From contig JBBISH010000022.1 in NCBI GenBank assembly GCA_037441385.1, forward strand, positions 2-64,001: 64,000 bases of DNA. The letters run 5' to 3'. Both the position numbers and the translations under genes were made by a program. Every line of letters begins with the position of its first letter. Position 1 is the stretch's first letter. Positions 44,570 through 53,131 of this stretch are shown in pieces. The stretch is from Myxococcales bacterium (lineage in GTDB: Bacteria > Myxococcota_A > UBA9042). Below the pieces are notes generated by a model. It was given only the letters and a program-made list of their open reading frames with translations, was not told the DNA's origin and made no database searches.

Positions 44570-45970
44570 CTACATTGCGCCCATGCCGCTTGCCGGGGCG
44601 TTGCCGCCGCCGTCGCTCGCCGCCGGGGCGCTGGTCGCGCTGGAATTCCCTTTGCCGCCCGCGGATCCGCCCGCCATCGTCGAACCGCCGATCGCCGCCG
44701 TGGCCATGCTGGCGCCGCCGCCGATGCCCTTGGTCGCGCCCAGATCGCCTTCGCGGAGCGCGATCGCCTCAGCGTGCCACTGCACCAGCGTGCCCAAGTA
44801 GCCGCCGCGGTCGGCGTGGACGGCGTTGGCTGCCTGCAGCACCGCCGCCAGCGGAGCCTTGCCTTGCGCGTACTGGCTCAGGGTCGCCTGCAGCGCCGCC
44901 TGGTCGTCTTCGATGATTTGGCTGTACAAGTACAGGGTTTCGCTAGCAGTCCGCAGCTGGGCGATCCGCTCGCGGGTGCGCCAGACCGCCGCTTGCTCCA
45001 CCGACTCCACCGCGCGCTGGGCAGCCGCCCGCTGGTGCATCGCCTCGGCCACCACCCGGTTCTGCCGCGCCCCGCTATGAATCGGTAGGGTAGAGCTGAA
45101 CGAAATCAACCACATCGGCTCCATCATCCCACGGGGCATCAGCCCTGCCGTTACGGCAAAGTCGGGCTCGCGCTCGATCTCGGCCAGGGCGCGTCGCCGC
45201 TCGGCCTGGTCCACGCCCGCCTGCGCAATCGCCAACTCGGGGAGATCCTTGGTCAGAGCCGTCACATCGCCGCCCAGCGGCACCTCGCGCGCCAGCGAGG
45301 CCAGCGTCGCCGGACCCTCCACCGGCTGCTGCCACGGGCGCTGAGCCCAGCGGTTGAGCTCGATGCGCCGCAGTTCCACCTGCGATTTTAGGGCAAGCCG
45401 CTGCTGGATCAGGCGCTTTTGCTCGATGCGCGTGCGTAGCACGTCTGCCACGCTGCCCTGGCCGGTCGCCAGCCGCGCCTCGGCCGACTTCTCGGCGTCC
45501 TTCCAAGTCTTCTCTTGCAGATCCAGCAGGCTCAGCTGGTCATTGGCCAAGCCCAGGGCGACCCAGGCCCGCTCGACGTCGGCCTTCAGCGTGCGCTTGA
45601 GGCGATCGGCCTGCGCCCGTAGTCCTGCAAGTCCAGCTTGGGCCAACTGCACCCGCGCCGCCCGTTTGCCTGGAAAGGGCAGGCTCTGCGTCCCCATGAT
45701 CGAGAAGTACGTGGTCATCGACGAGCCGTAGGGCAGCGACGTCAGACCATCGTTCTGGTAGCCGATCGACAAGGTGGGATCCGGCAGCGCCGTCGCCTGC
45801 CCCGGCCGCTCGGCCTCGGCGTGCCAAAGCTCAGTCAGCGCGGCCAGTTCGGGGCTGTGCTCCACCGCATCGCGCATCAGGTCGGCCAGTTCGCCGGCCT
45901 GGGCCGGAACCGCTGTCACCAGCGCGACAGTCGCGGCCAACCACCGGCCCAAGCTAGTGGCCCGCTTCAT
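44570..45970 (-). CDS. cusC: Outer-membrane efflux protein (TolC/CusC family) with a Gly/Ser/Ala/Met-rich C-terminal tail
   Basis: The ATG at 45970 has GGAG upstream. It has a signal peptide and a two-repeat OEP layout. The tail reads GIGGGASMATAAIGGSTMAGGSAGG...APASGMGAM. Confidence 0.8.
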   Translation of the reverse strand: MKRATSLGRWLAATVALVTAVPAQAGELADLMRDAVEHSPELAALTELWHAEAERPGQATALPDPTLSIGYQNDGLTSLPYGSSMTTYFSIMGTQSLPFPGKRAARVQLAQAGLAGLRAQADRLKRTLKADVERAWVALGLANDQLSLLDLQEKTWKDAEKSAEARLATGQGSVADVLRTRIEQKRLIQQRLALKSQVELRRIELNRWAQRPWQQPVEGPATLASLAREVPLGGDVTALTKDLPELAIAQAGVDQAERRRALAEIEREPDFAVTAGLMPRGMMEPMWLISFSSTLPIHSGARQNRVVAEAMHQRAAAQRAVESVEQAAVWRTRERIAQLRTASETLYLYSQIIEDDQAALQATLSQYAQGKAPLAAVLQAANAVHADRGGYLGTLVQWHAEAIALREGDLGATKGIGGGASMATAAIGGSTMAGGSAGGKGNSSATSAPAASDGGGNAPASGMGAM

Positions 45971-46653
45971 GGTTGCTCCGTGCGACTGGCAACACCCAAG
46001 TCCTCGCCGCAGCTCAGCATTTCGTCGCCATAGTAGGGGTTGCGCAACGGCCCGGCCTTCTGCAGCCAGCGGCCCTTGTACATGTCGCAGCTCATCACGT
46101 GGATGCCGCTGAAGTCGTTGGGGTTGTTCTTGGCGTGGGCGATCAACGCCTCCGAGATCGCCACAAAGCGCTGCCGTTGCCCAGGCAGATCCTTGGGGAA
46201 GTCTTGCAGCGCCTTGGCCAAGGCCGGCACTCCCGCCCCTGCTTGCGCCAGTGCCGCTGCGGCGGTCGCGGCTCCGTCCGCTTGGCCGGCGACCAGCGCC
46301 TCGTACAAATCGGCATACGACAGCATGGCTTGCGCGCCTGGGCCCGCCTTGGCTGCTGGCGCCGGTGCCGCCTTGGCGACCGCAGTCTGGCCGGGTTGGC
46401 GGCGCATCAGGAACATGCCGTCGGCCGGGCATTGCCCCGGCTTGTCGCTCACCACGGTGGGATGCCACGGGCACACATACTCGGCGTGCGCGGCTTGTTG
46501 GGCGACCTGGCCGGCTTTGAAGCCAAAACTCCACGCCAGCCAGGCGCTGGCGGCGATCGCGCCGGCAAAGGCCAACAGCGTGGTCAGCCACAACAGCGCC
46601 GAGGATTTGCGCCGCGGCTCGGCTGAATGGAGATGGGTCTGCTGCTCGTCCAC
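45967..46653 (-). CDS. Membrane-anchored variant heavy-metal-binding motif plus DUF3347 domain protein
   Basis: YVCPWHPTVVSDKPGQCPADGM is a variant of CPMHP...CPxCGM. The DUF3347-type C-terminus reads HVMSCDMYKGRWLQ...NPYYGDEMLSCGE. The GTG at 46653 has GGAGGT upstream. ATGA overlap with cusC. Confidence 0.65.
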   Translation of the reverse strand: MDEQQTHLHSAEPRRKSSALLWLTTLLAFAGAIAASAWLAWSFGFKAGQVAQQAAHAEYVCPWHPTVVSDKPGQCPADGMFLMRRQPGQTAVAKAAPAPAAKAGPGAQAMLSYADLYEALVAGQADGAATAAAALAQAGAGVPALAKALQDFPKDLPGQRQRFVAISEALIAHAKNNPNDFSGIHVMSCDMYKGRWLQKAGPLRNPYYGDEMLSCGEDLGVASRTEQP

Positions 46654-46824
46654 GGCTACCTCCGGCGGCGGTGGGGAAGGGTGCTCCGCGCGGTGGCGGG
46701 GCACTCCAGGCGGCGCAACTCGGGTCGCGCCAAGATCATTTCGGGTGATGTGCAAAAACGGCGCCCGTGCCGCTCTGCAGTCAAGCCAACACGGGCCCAG
46801 GAACGGCCGTGCGGCGCAGCGGAG

Positions 46825-47289
46825 CTAGATCAGCAGCGAAGCGTTGCGGAGATACAGCGACGCGTGGGTCGGACCAGGCGGGCCGCGGCTCCAGGTCCAC
46901 GTGCCGCGCAGCGCTGGCGGTGGCAGTGCCGGGGCTTGCAGGCTTGGTTGGGCGGCATCTGCAATCTGCACCAACGGTTGCGGCACATGCGGCGGCGACG
47001 GAGCCTCGGCCTGGGTGCGCACCAACTCGTGACTGCCGGCACAGCAGGACTCGTGGGCGGCCCACATCGGCTTGCCCGCGGCGGCTTTGGCCAGCTCATC
47101 TTGGTGCTGCTTGCAGCAAGCGTGCAGCTGTTCGCCGGGGTCGGCGACCATGCCAAGCGCCGCGCTAGTTGGGCAATGTCCGCAGAAGCACAGCAGACTC
47201 ACGCCCAGCGCCTGCATCAACCACATCCAGGCCGCGCCAAGGCCCAGGGCCTTGAGAACGGGATGGGTGGTGGGACGGGCGCTCCGCAT
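46825..47289 (-). CDS. Small membrane protein with a Cys/His-rich segment (hypothetical metal-binding)
   Basis: The ATG is at 47289. It has a TM helix (LGLGAAWMWLMQALGVSLLCFCGHC), then HACCKQHQDE...HESCCAGSHE and a Pro-rich tail. Third-codon-position GC is high. No clear ribosome-binding site. Confidence 0.45.
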   Translation of the reverse strand: MRSARPTTHPVLKALGLGAAWMWLMQALGVSLLCFCGHCPTSAALGMVADPGEQLHACCKQHQDELAKAAAGKPMWAAHESCCAGSHELVRTQAEAPSPPHVPQPLVQIADAAQPSLQAPALPPPALRGTWTWSRGPPGPTHASLYLRNASLLI

Positions 47290-47355
47290 GGTTACCAGTG
47301 TAAGGGGCAGGTGGGCGCACCGCAAGCACTTCGATGTTGCGAGCGCCCGTCCGCG

Positions 47356-48585
47356 TCAGCCGGCGATGGCCATGGTCTGCACGGCCGGCCGACCTTCGCG
47401 CTTGGCCTGTTGGGCGTTGGCGACCACCCGGCCCAGACGGCCCATGCCCTCGCGGATCGCTTCGGGGCCGCAATTCGAGAAGTTCAGGCGCATGAAGTCG
47501 TTGCGCTTTTCGCCTGCAAAGAAGCCCGCGCCGGGCACGAACGCCACGCGCTCAGCGATCGCCAGCGGGAACAGGTCCTCGGCGCGGAGCAGGTCGGGCA
47601 ACTGCAGCCAAATGAACATGCCGCCTTCGGGGTCGGTCCACTTGGTGCCCTCGGGCATCGAGCTGCTCAGAGCGTCCAACATGGTCTGGCAGCGTTCGCC
47701 GTACACGCCGCGAAGCATCTCCAGGTGAGACTCGTAGTCGAACGTCTGCAACAACGTCGCAACCGCGCGCTGCGCCAGCGTCGCCGTCTGCAGATCGCAG
47801 GCCTGCTTGGCCACGGTCATGGCGCGAATCACGTCTTTGGCCCCGGTGGCAAAGCCGAGGCGCATCCCGGGTGCCAGTGTCTTGCTGAACGAGCCGAGCC
47901 GGACCACCACGCCTTCGGTGTCCAGCGCGGTCAGGCTCTTGATGTGCTCGCCGCGGAAGCGCAATTCGCCGTACGGATCGTCTTCGATCACCGCGATGCC
48001 ATGGCGCGCCGCCACTTCGAGCAGCTGGATCCGCCGCGGCAGCGACAGCGTGGTACCCTTGGGGTTCTGGAAGCACGGCACCAGATAGATGACGCGAACG
48101 TTTTCGCGCGTGCAGATCGCTTCGAGCAGGTCGGTGCGCATCCCCTCTTGGTCGCTGGGGATCGTGACGATGCGGGCTTCGTAGCCGTGGAAGGCCTGCA
48201 GCGCCGCCAGGTAGCTGGGATCTTCGACGAGCACGGCGGTGCCGGGATCGATGAGTACGCGCGAGGCCAGATCGATGCCCTGCTGCGAACCCGCCGTGAC
48301 CAAACACGTTTCTACGTCCACCGCCATGCCGTGGCTGCGCAAGCGGTCGACAATCCACTGCCGCAGCGGCAGCAGGCCTTCGGTGGCCGAGTATTGCAGC
48401 GCCGAGCGGGCGTAGTGGCGGAACACCTCGGCGTGGGCGGCCGCGATGGCGTCGACCGGGAACAGTTCGGGCGCCGGCAGACCGCCCGCGAACGACAAGA
48501 CTTCAGGCCGCTCGGCGATCTTCAGGATCTCGCGGACGACGGAGGGTTGCGCATTCAGCGCCCGTTGCGACAGGGTCAGGCTCAC
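47356..48585 (-). CDS. PLP-dependent aminotransferase (class I/II)
   Basis: SFSKTLAPGMRLGF contains the PLP lysine, and the N-terminus reads GGLPAPELFP. The GTG at 48585 has GGAGGAG upstream and forms a GTGA overlap with the Lrp gene. The ORF-track start at 48597 is TTG. Confidence 0.8.
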   Translation of the reverse strand: MSLTLSQRALNAQPSVVREILKIAERPEVLSFAGGLPAPELFPVDAIAAAHAEVFRHYARSALQYSATEGLLPLRQWIVDRLRSHGMAVDVETCLVTAGSQQGIDLASRVLIDPGTAVLVEDPSYLAALQAFHGYEARIVTIPSDQEGMRTDLLEAICTRENVRVIYLVPCFQNPKGTTLSLPRRIQLLEVAARHGIAVIEDDPYGELRFRGEHIKSLTALDTEGVVVRLGSFSKTLAPGMRLGFATGAKDVIRAMTVAKQACDLQTATLAQRAVATLLQTFDYESHLEMLRGVYGERCQTMLDALSSSMPEGTKWTDPEGGMFIWLQLPDLLRAEDLFPLAIAERVAFVPGAGFFAGEKRNDFMRLNFSNCGPEAIREGMGRLGRVVANAQQAKREGRPAVQTMAIAG

Positions 48586-49058
48586 TTGCTCCTCCAATGG
48601 GCCGTCGCGGGGGCGACGCGAACCAGCGTCTCCTCCTTGATGGACCGCAGCACGATGGTCGTATAGGTGCGGGTCACGCCAGGCAAAAGCCGGAGCTTGC
48701 CAACCAGAAGATCATCCAAAGACGCCGGGCTCGCCGACTTGACCTTGAGCAGGTACGAGTCCTCGCCCGCGACGCGGTGGCACTCGAGCACGTCGTCCAT
48801 GCTCAGCACGGCGTCGGTGAATTCTTCAAAGTAACGGGGATGTTCGATCGACACGCCGACAAAGGCCGTGATCTCTTTGCCCAGCATGGTGGCGTCGACC
48901 TTGGCGACGTAGCCGCGAATCACGCCGCTGTGCTCTAGCTTGCGGATACGTTCAGCCACGGTGGGCTGCGCCAGCCCCACTTCGCGTGCCAGCTCTTGCT
49001 GGGTGACGCGGCTGTCGTGCTGCAGGCGTTCCAGGATCAGTTGGTCGGCGACGTCCAT
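48582..49058 (-). CDS. Lrp/AsnC-family transcriptional regulator
   Basis: HTH segment ILERLQHDSRVTQQELAREVGLAQPTVAERIRKLE followed by a RAM/ACT-like C-domain. Confidence 0.85.
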   Translation of the reverse strand: MDVADQLILERLQHDSRVTQQELAREVGLAQPTVAERIRKLEHSGVIRGYVAKVDATMLGKEITAFVGVSIEHPRYFEEFTDAVLSMDDVLECHRVAGEDSYLLKVKSASPASLDDLLVGKLRLLPGVTRTYTTIVLRSIKEETLVRVAPATAHWRSK

Positions 49059-49134
49059 GGGTCCATGATAATATCGGCCTGGAGCCCCGTCTACCTATAA
49101 TTCATCGGTTCGCCCTGGTCGCTGGCTGCTTCTG

Positions 49135-50460
49135 TCACGGATTCGCAGGATCGGCGGCGATGGGTGCAACTGATTTGAAGGTAAGGACTTTGTAGAGCCC
49201 GACCAGCAGGGAAACCCCGGTCACGCCGGCCGCGATGCCCGCCAGCCGCACCAACCAGTCGGATTGCAGCCCAATCGCCGCCAGCCCCAGGACCAGCAAG
49301 GCTGCGTGACCTGCCATGCCCAGCCGCGACCAGCGCTCGGGCCAAAGGCGGTTCATCGGCGGCACCGCCTGCAGGCCCACTAGGTGCGAAAACCGATGAA
49401 ACCAGACCAAGAAAGGCACGATCCGCGTGAGCATGCCGTGGATCGTGCCGGCCGCCCAGCCCGCCGCGGCCAGCCAGGCGGTCGCCAGCAAAAGGCGTTC
49501 GTCGTCGGCGGGCAGCGCCAGCGCGGCGCACACCACGGCCGCAAGGGCCGCTGCTTGGCTGCCGTACCAGAACGTCAAGCTGGCGTCTTTGCGCGGGCGC
49601 CTGCGTTGGCGCAGGGCGCGCAACACCCCCAGCGGCGCCGCGATCCACACGGCCGCCACGGCCGGCGCCCCAGCTGCGGCGACCCACAGGTGCGGCGGCC
49701 ATCCGGGCAGTTCCGTGCCCAGCAGCGCCAACACGGCCACCACCAGCGACGCGGTCAGCGAGGCCGCCACCACCACCAGAAAGAGCTTCTGCCAGGGCAG
49801 CGAGGGCGCCTGCGCCAAGTAGAACATCGGCAAGACCTGCCAACTGACCGCGACCACCAACACACCGACCCAGCCGACCCCGCCCAGCAGCGCGTGCAGC
49901 GTCAAAAGCGGTGCCCGCTGCGGCGTGTAGAGGCCCGTGGCGTACTGCCACGCCAGCAGCAGGCCGGCACCCAGCAGGGCCGTCAGCGCCAGCAGCGCCA
50001 GTCGCATGCCCGTCACGGTTGGCGACCGCGTGGGGGCGCGCGCCAACGCCAGCGCAACTGGGACCAAGAACGTCAGCACGGCCGGGCCAAGTGTCCATTC
50101 CGCCACGTGGAAGAGCCATTGCTCTTGGGGTTGCAGCAGCCCGGTCACCAGCGCCCCCAGGCCCAGGCAGAGCAGGGCGTGGACCACCTTGGCCAGGCCC
50201 GTCTTCGGCACGGGCACGCCCGCGACGACGGGAATCATTTGGTAGAGCGCGCCGATCATGGCCATAGCCGCCACGCCCAGCGTCCACAGGTGCGTCAGCG
50301 CCACGCTGGCCGGAGCCCAGCGGGTGGCCACGACGGCCTGGCCCTGGGTCAGCAGCAGTGCGCCAATCGCGGCAAGAGCCACTGGGATCGTGACAAAAAA
50401 GCGCGCCGGAATGGCCAGGGGCGGCGCTTGGTCCAGGCGCAGGCCCTCTTGGCCGGGCAT
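49135..50460 (-). CDS. Polytopic inner-membrane protein (~12 TM), family unassigned (NnrS-like context only)
   Basis: Continuous hydrophobic helices. The start is either the ATG at 50460 or the GTG at 50469 (GTGA overlap with the upstream regulator gene). The ORF-track extension to 51069 is rejected. Confidence 0.6.
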   Translation of the reverse strand: MPGQEGLRLDQAPPLAIPARFFVTIPVALAAIGALLLTQGQAVVATRWAPASVALTHLWTLGVAAMAMIGALYQMIPVVAGVPVPKTGLAKVVHALLCLGLGALVTGLLQPQEQWLFHVAEWTLGPAVLTFLVPVALALARAPTRSPTVTGMRLALLALTALLGAGLLLAWQYATGLYTPQRAPLLTLHALLGGVGWVGVLVVAVSWQVLPMFYLAQAPSLPWQKLFLVVVAASLTASLVVAVLALLGTELPGWPPHLWVAAAGAPAVAAVWIAAPLGVLRALRQRRRPRKDASLTFWYGSQAAALAAVVCAALALPADDERLLLATAWLAAAGWAAGTIHGMLTRIVPFLVWFHRFSHLVGLQAVPPMNRLWPERWSRLGMAGHAALLVLGLAAIGLQSDWLVRLAGIAAGVTGVSLLVGLYKVLTFKSVAPIAADPANP

Positions 50461-50465
50461 CAAGC

Positions 50466-51545
50466 TCACGGTTGCCTCCCGACCCACAAGAGGGCTGAGC
50501 CGTCGGGCTCTTGTCGGGCACAGTACGCCACTCCCCGCGCCGCCAAGTGGGGCAGGACCAGCGTCGGCAGGCGCGGCACGCGAAACACTTGGGTCTCGCC
50601 TTGCCGCAGCTGCGCCGCCACGGTCAAGACGTGCTCCAGCGGCAAAGGCGCCTCCAGGTCGCGCAAGTCTTGGATAGGAGGGGAGTCCGTGGCCGCGATC
50701 TCCACGTGGAAGACGCCGCCGCCTTCGTCGCGATCGCGCACGGCGTGGCCCCGGCCCGCCAGCAGCGCCAGCAGCGGCTTGGGCCGGAACGGCGCGATGA
50801 CCTGGAGCACGCCGCCCGTGGGCAGCCGGCCCAGGTGGTCCAGGATGCTCTGCAGCGGGTCGCGGCCGCTGGCGAGGATCGGCCGCACGTCCAGCACGGC
50901 CAGCGGCGTCAGCGGCTCGGGTTGGGCGCGGGGAGGCGGCGCGGGCATGGCGAGAGTCGCCAAGCCGGCCAACCACAGCTGCAGGGCCTGGCGCAGGGCG
51001 TGGGTCAGTGAGTGGCGGCGATCGGCAACTTGCCATTGCAAAATCGTACCTTGCATGAGCGCGACCCACAGTCCCGCCGCCGTGTCCAGATTCAGGTGCG
51101 CTTGGGGAAGCTCTTGCCGGGCGTAGAGTTCGAGCAGTGTGCGCATCATCGCCTGTTGGCGCGACTGCATCGCCTGCACCGCCGCGTGGACGGCCGGTTC
51201 GCTGCCCTCGGCCACGTCGGCAAACAACAAGCGCGGCAACCCCGGATGCGCGCTGACGTAGTTGCCCAGGCCGGCGACAAAGTGCTCGATCGCGTCGCGG
51301 GGCGGCGCACCCCGGCGCAGCTCGTCCTCCAAGATCGCGCCCAGGTCGGCGCGGGCCTGATCCAGCACCGCGAGCAAGATCGCTTCGCGGTTGGCAAAGT
51401 GGCGGAACAGCGCGGGCTGGCTGACACCGACGCGCTCGGCAATTTGGCGGGTGCTCAGACTCGCGACCGGCTGATTGGCCAGCAGGTCCAGGGCCACCTC
51501 GGTGATTTGCCGCTGGCGCTGGTCGGTGGGCAAGTGTTCGTTCAC
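50466..51545 (-). CDS. TetR-family HTH domain fused to two DUF2249-like domains
   Basis: The N-terminus ITEVALDLLANQPVASLSTRQIAERVGVSQPALFRHF is a TetR HTH. The C-terminal units are LDVRPILASGRDPLQSILDHLGRLPTGGVLQVIAPFRP and LDLRDLEAPLPLEHVLTVAAQLRQGETQVFRVPR. GTG start. Confidence 0.7.
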   Translation of the reverse strand: MNEHLPTDQRQRQITEVALDLLANQPVASLSTRQIAERVGVSQPALFRHFANREAILLAVLDQARADLGAILEDELRRGAPPRDAIEHFVAGLGNYVSAHPGLPRLLFADVAEGSEPAVHAAVQAMQSRQQAMMRTLLELYARQELPQAHLNLDTAAGLWVALMQGTILQWQVADRRHSLTHALRQALQLWLAGLATLAMPAPPPRAQPEPLTPLAVLDVRPILASGRDPLQSILDHLGRLPTGGVLQVIAPFRPKPLLALLAGRGHAVRDRDEGGGVFHVEIAATDSPPIQDLRDLEAPLPLEHVLTVAAQLRQGETQVFRVPRLPTLVLPHLAARGVAYCARQEPDGSALLWVGRQP

Positions 51546-51557
51546 GGCTTGCTCGCG

Positions 51558-51577
51558 ATGTTATCGGGTGATAACAT
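51558..51577. promoter_or_regulatory. Perfect palindrome ATGTTATC-GGGT-GATAACAT, candidate TetR operator
   Basis: 8-bp perfect inverted repeat with a 4-bp spacer. It lies in the 69-bp divergent region between the TetR-fusion and hemerythrin genes. Confidence 0.6.
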
Positions 51578-51614
51578 TGCCCACGGTAGCACGCTTGCTG
51601 CCCAAAGGAAAGAC

Positions 51615-52076
51615 ATGGAAGCCACGAGTTTGCCGCCCACTACGGGTCTGCTGGCCTTCTTCACCCACGACCACCGCGAGTGCGATGGGCTGTGGACCCA
51701 GGTCGAGGGGCTGGATGGCCGCGACAAAGCTGCCGCGCGCGGCGCCCTGGCGACCTTCGACGCGGCGATGCGCCGCCACTTGGCGTGGGAAGAAGATGTC
51801 CTGTTCCCGGCCTTCGAGTCGGCGACGGGCATGACCCACGGCCCCACGACCGTGATGCGGATGGAACACGCGCAGATGCGCGGCGTACTGGACCAGATGG
51901 CGCGGGCCAGCGATTGGCAAGAGGTCCTGGACCACGGCGACACGCTGATGATGCTCATCGGCCAGCACAACGCCAAAGAGGAGGGGATGTTGTATCCGAT
52001 GTGCCAGGCGCACTTGGCCGGGCAGTGGTCCGGGCTGCGGGCCCAGTTGGTCCCTGCCTTACCGGATAGCTACTAG
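51615..52076 (+). CDS. Hemerythrin HHE cation-binding domain protein
   Basis: Motifs FFTHDHRECD, MRRHLAWEEDVLFP, MRMEHAQM and QHNAKEEGMLYP. AGGAAA lies upstream of the ATG. Confidence 0.75.
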   Translation: MEATSLPPTTGLLAFFTHDHRECDGLWTQVEGLDGRDKAAARGALATFDAAMRRHLAWEEDVLFPAFESATGMTHGPTTVMRMEHAQMRGVLDQMARASDWQEVLDHGDTLMMLIGQHNAKEEGMLYPMCQAHLAGQWSGLRAQLVPALPDSY

Positions 52077-52117
52077 CGCCGTAAATGTGTTGGAAATCTG
52101 TGCGATCCTTGGTACTT

Positions 52118-52246
52118 GGCCCTCACCCCGCCGCCTGCGGCGGCAGCCCCTCTCCCAACGCTTTGGGCGAGGGGCAATGCAATTTCCCTTTACCCCTCGC
52201 CAACTTCAGTGGGAGAGGGGTCGGCCGCAGGCCGGGGGTGAGGGCC
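52118..52246. repeat. Compound palindrome (REP-like), with outer ~40-nt arms enclosing an inner hairpin
   Basis: GGCCCTCACCCC..CCTGCGGC..GCCCCTCTCCCA pairs with TGGGAGAGGGG..GCCGCAGG..GGGGTGAGGGCC. The inner hairpin is GGGCGAGGGG-loop-CCCCTCGCC (52165-52201). It lies downstream of the hemerythrin gene. Confidence 0.7.
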
Positions 52247-52295
52247 ATTCGACGCTGCGGCAGAGTAAGCAACCGGTAAGGCAGGCAGTTGGTCT

Positions 52296-52320
52296 GAGGG
52301 TCAGGTATTGACACTTGACA
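52296..52320. repeat. Left copy of the ~25-nt inverted repeat flanking the methyltransferase gene
   Basis: GAGGGTCAGGTATTGACACTTGACA is the reverse complement of 53132-53158, apart from a 2-nt indel. Confidence 0.6.
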
Positions 52321-52366
52321 TCTTTTTGACCGAAACCGGAACCGGAACCTGTTCCTGAACCTGCAC

Positions 52367-53029
52367 CTACCGCGGCACGCCAGCGCGCTCCCCTGTGACC
52401 CGACACAAGCAGTACACGAACTGCTGGGCGCTCCCCCACGGCGTGGCGTGCACCTCGGTCAACGCGTCCAAGCGCTGAAACTCCGACCCAAACTCGCTGT
52501 GCAAACCGTCGGCGTCGTAGCGGCAAACATCCAGCCCGCTGCACTGTTGCGGCCCGTCGGGCCCAAAGGTCGCCACCAGCACATGGCCGCCTGGCCGCAC
52601 CGCCCGCCGCACCGCCGCCACATAGCGGGCGCGATCCTGCGGGTCCGTCAAGAAGTGGAAAACCGCGCGATCGTGCCAGAAATCGTAGGCGTGCTCGGGC
52701 AGTTCCACCTGGGTGATGTCGCCCACGATCCACCGGACTTGGGCCGCGCCGGCTCCCAGGCGCTGTTTCACTGTGTTCAGACTGGCTTCGGCGATGTCCA
52801 GCACCGTCACGTTGTGGAATCCGCGCGCAAGCAAGTCGTCCACCAGGGTCGCCGCGCCGCCGCCCACGTCCAAGATCGCAGCATCCTTGCCTAGTTGCAG
52901 CGCCGCGATGGTCGCTAGCGACTGGTCCAGGTGGGCGCGGTACCAACTGACCTGCTCCGGCGACTTTCGCGTGTAGACACCCTGCCAATGCTCGCTGCCG
53001 GCTGCCATGGCCGCCTCACTCCACGGCAT
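52367..53029 (-). CDS. Class I SAM-dependent methyltransferase
   Basis: Motif I ILDVGGGAATLVDDLLARGFHNVTVLDIAE. About 220 aa, consistent with a small-molecule methyltransferase. Confidence 0.8.
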   Translation of the reverse strand: MPWSEAAMAAGSEHWQGVYTRKSPEQVSWYRAHLDQSLATIAALQLGKDAAILDVGGGAATLVDDLLARGFHNVTVLDIAEASLNTVKQRLGAGAAQVRWIVGDITQVELPEHAYDFWHDRAVFHFLTDPQDRARYVAAVRRAVRPGGHVLVATFGPDGPQQCSGLDVCRYDADGLHSEFGSEFQRLDALTEVHATPWGSAQQFVYCLCRVTGERAGVPR

Positions 53030-53093
53030 CGCCTGCCGCGAATCCAGTCTAGGCTCGCCGGGGTGCTCGCGTCAAAACCCTTTAATGCCAACG

Positions 53094-53111
53094 AGTAGAA
53101 AATGCCCCCCA
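53094..53111 (+). repeat. Copy 3 of the 18-nt motif AGTAGAAAATGCCCCCCA
   Basis: On the minus strand it reads CCCC-loop-GGGGGGCATTTTCTACT, which resembles a terminator. It starts ~7 nt after the RND pump stop codon. Confidence 0.6.
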
Positions 53112-53131
53112 ACCTGATCCGGGGCAAAAGG

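Noticed and set aside
46627-48666. 679-aa plus-strand ORF.
   Set aside because: It is antisense to the aminotransferase and Lrp genes, which have clear family motifs. It has no motif of its own.
49059-49134. AT-rich stretch upstream of the Lrp gene (GATATTATC, TTATAGG) as a defined promoter or Lrp box.
   Set aside because: It is plausible, but no convincing -35/-10 pair with proper spacing or repeated Lrp-type site could be supported by eye.
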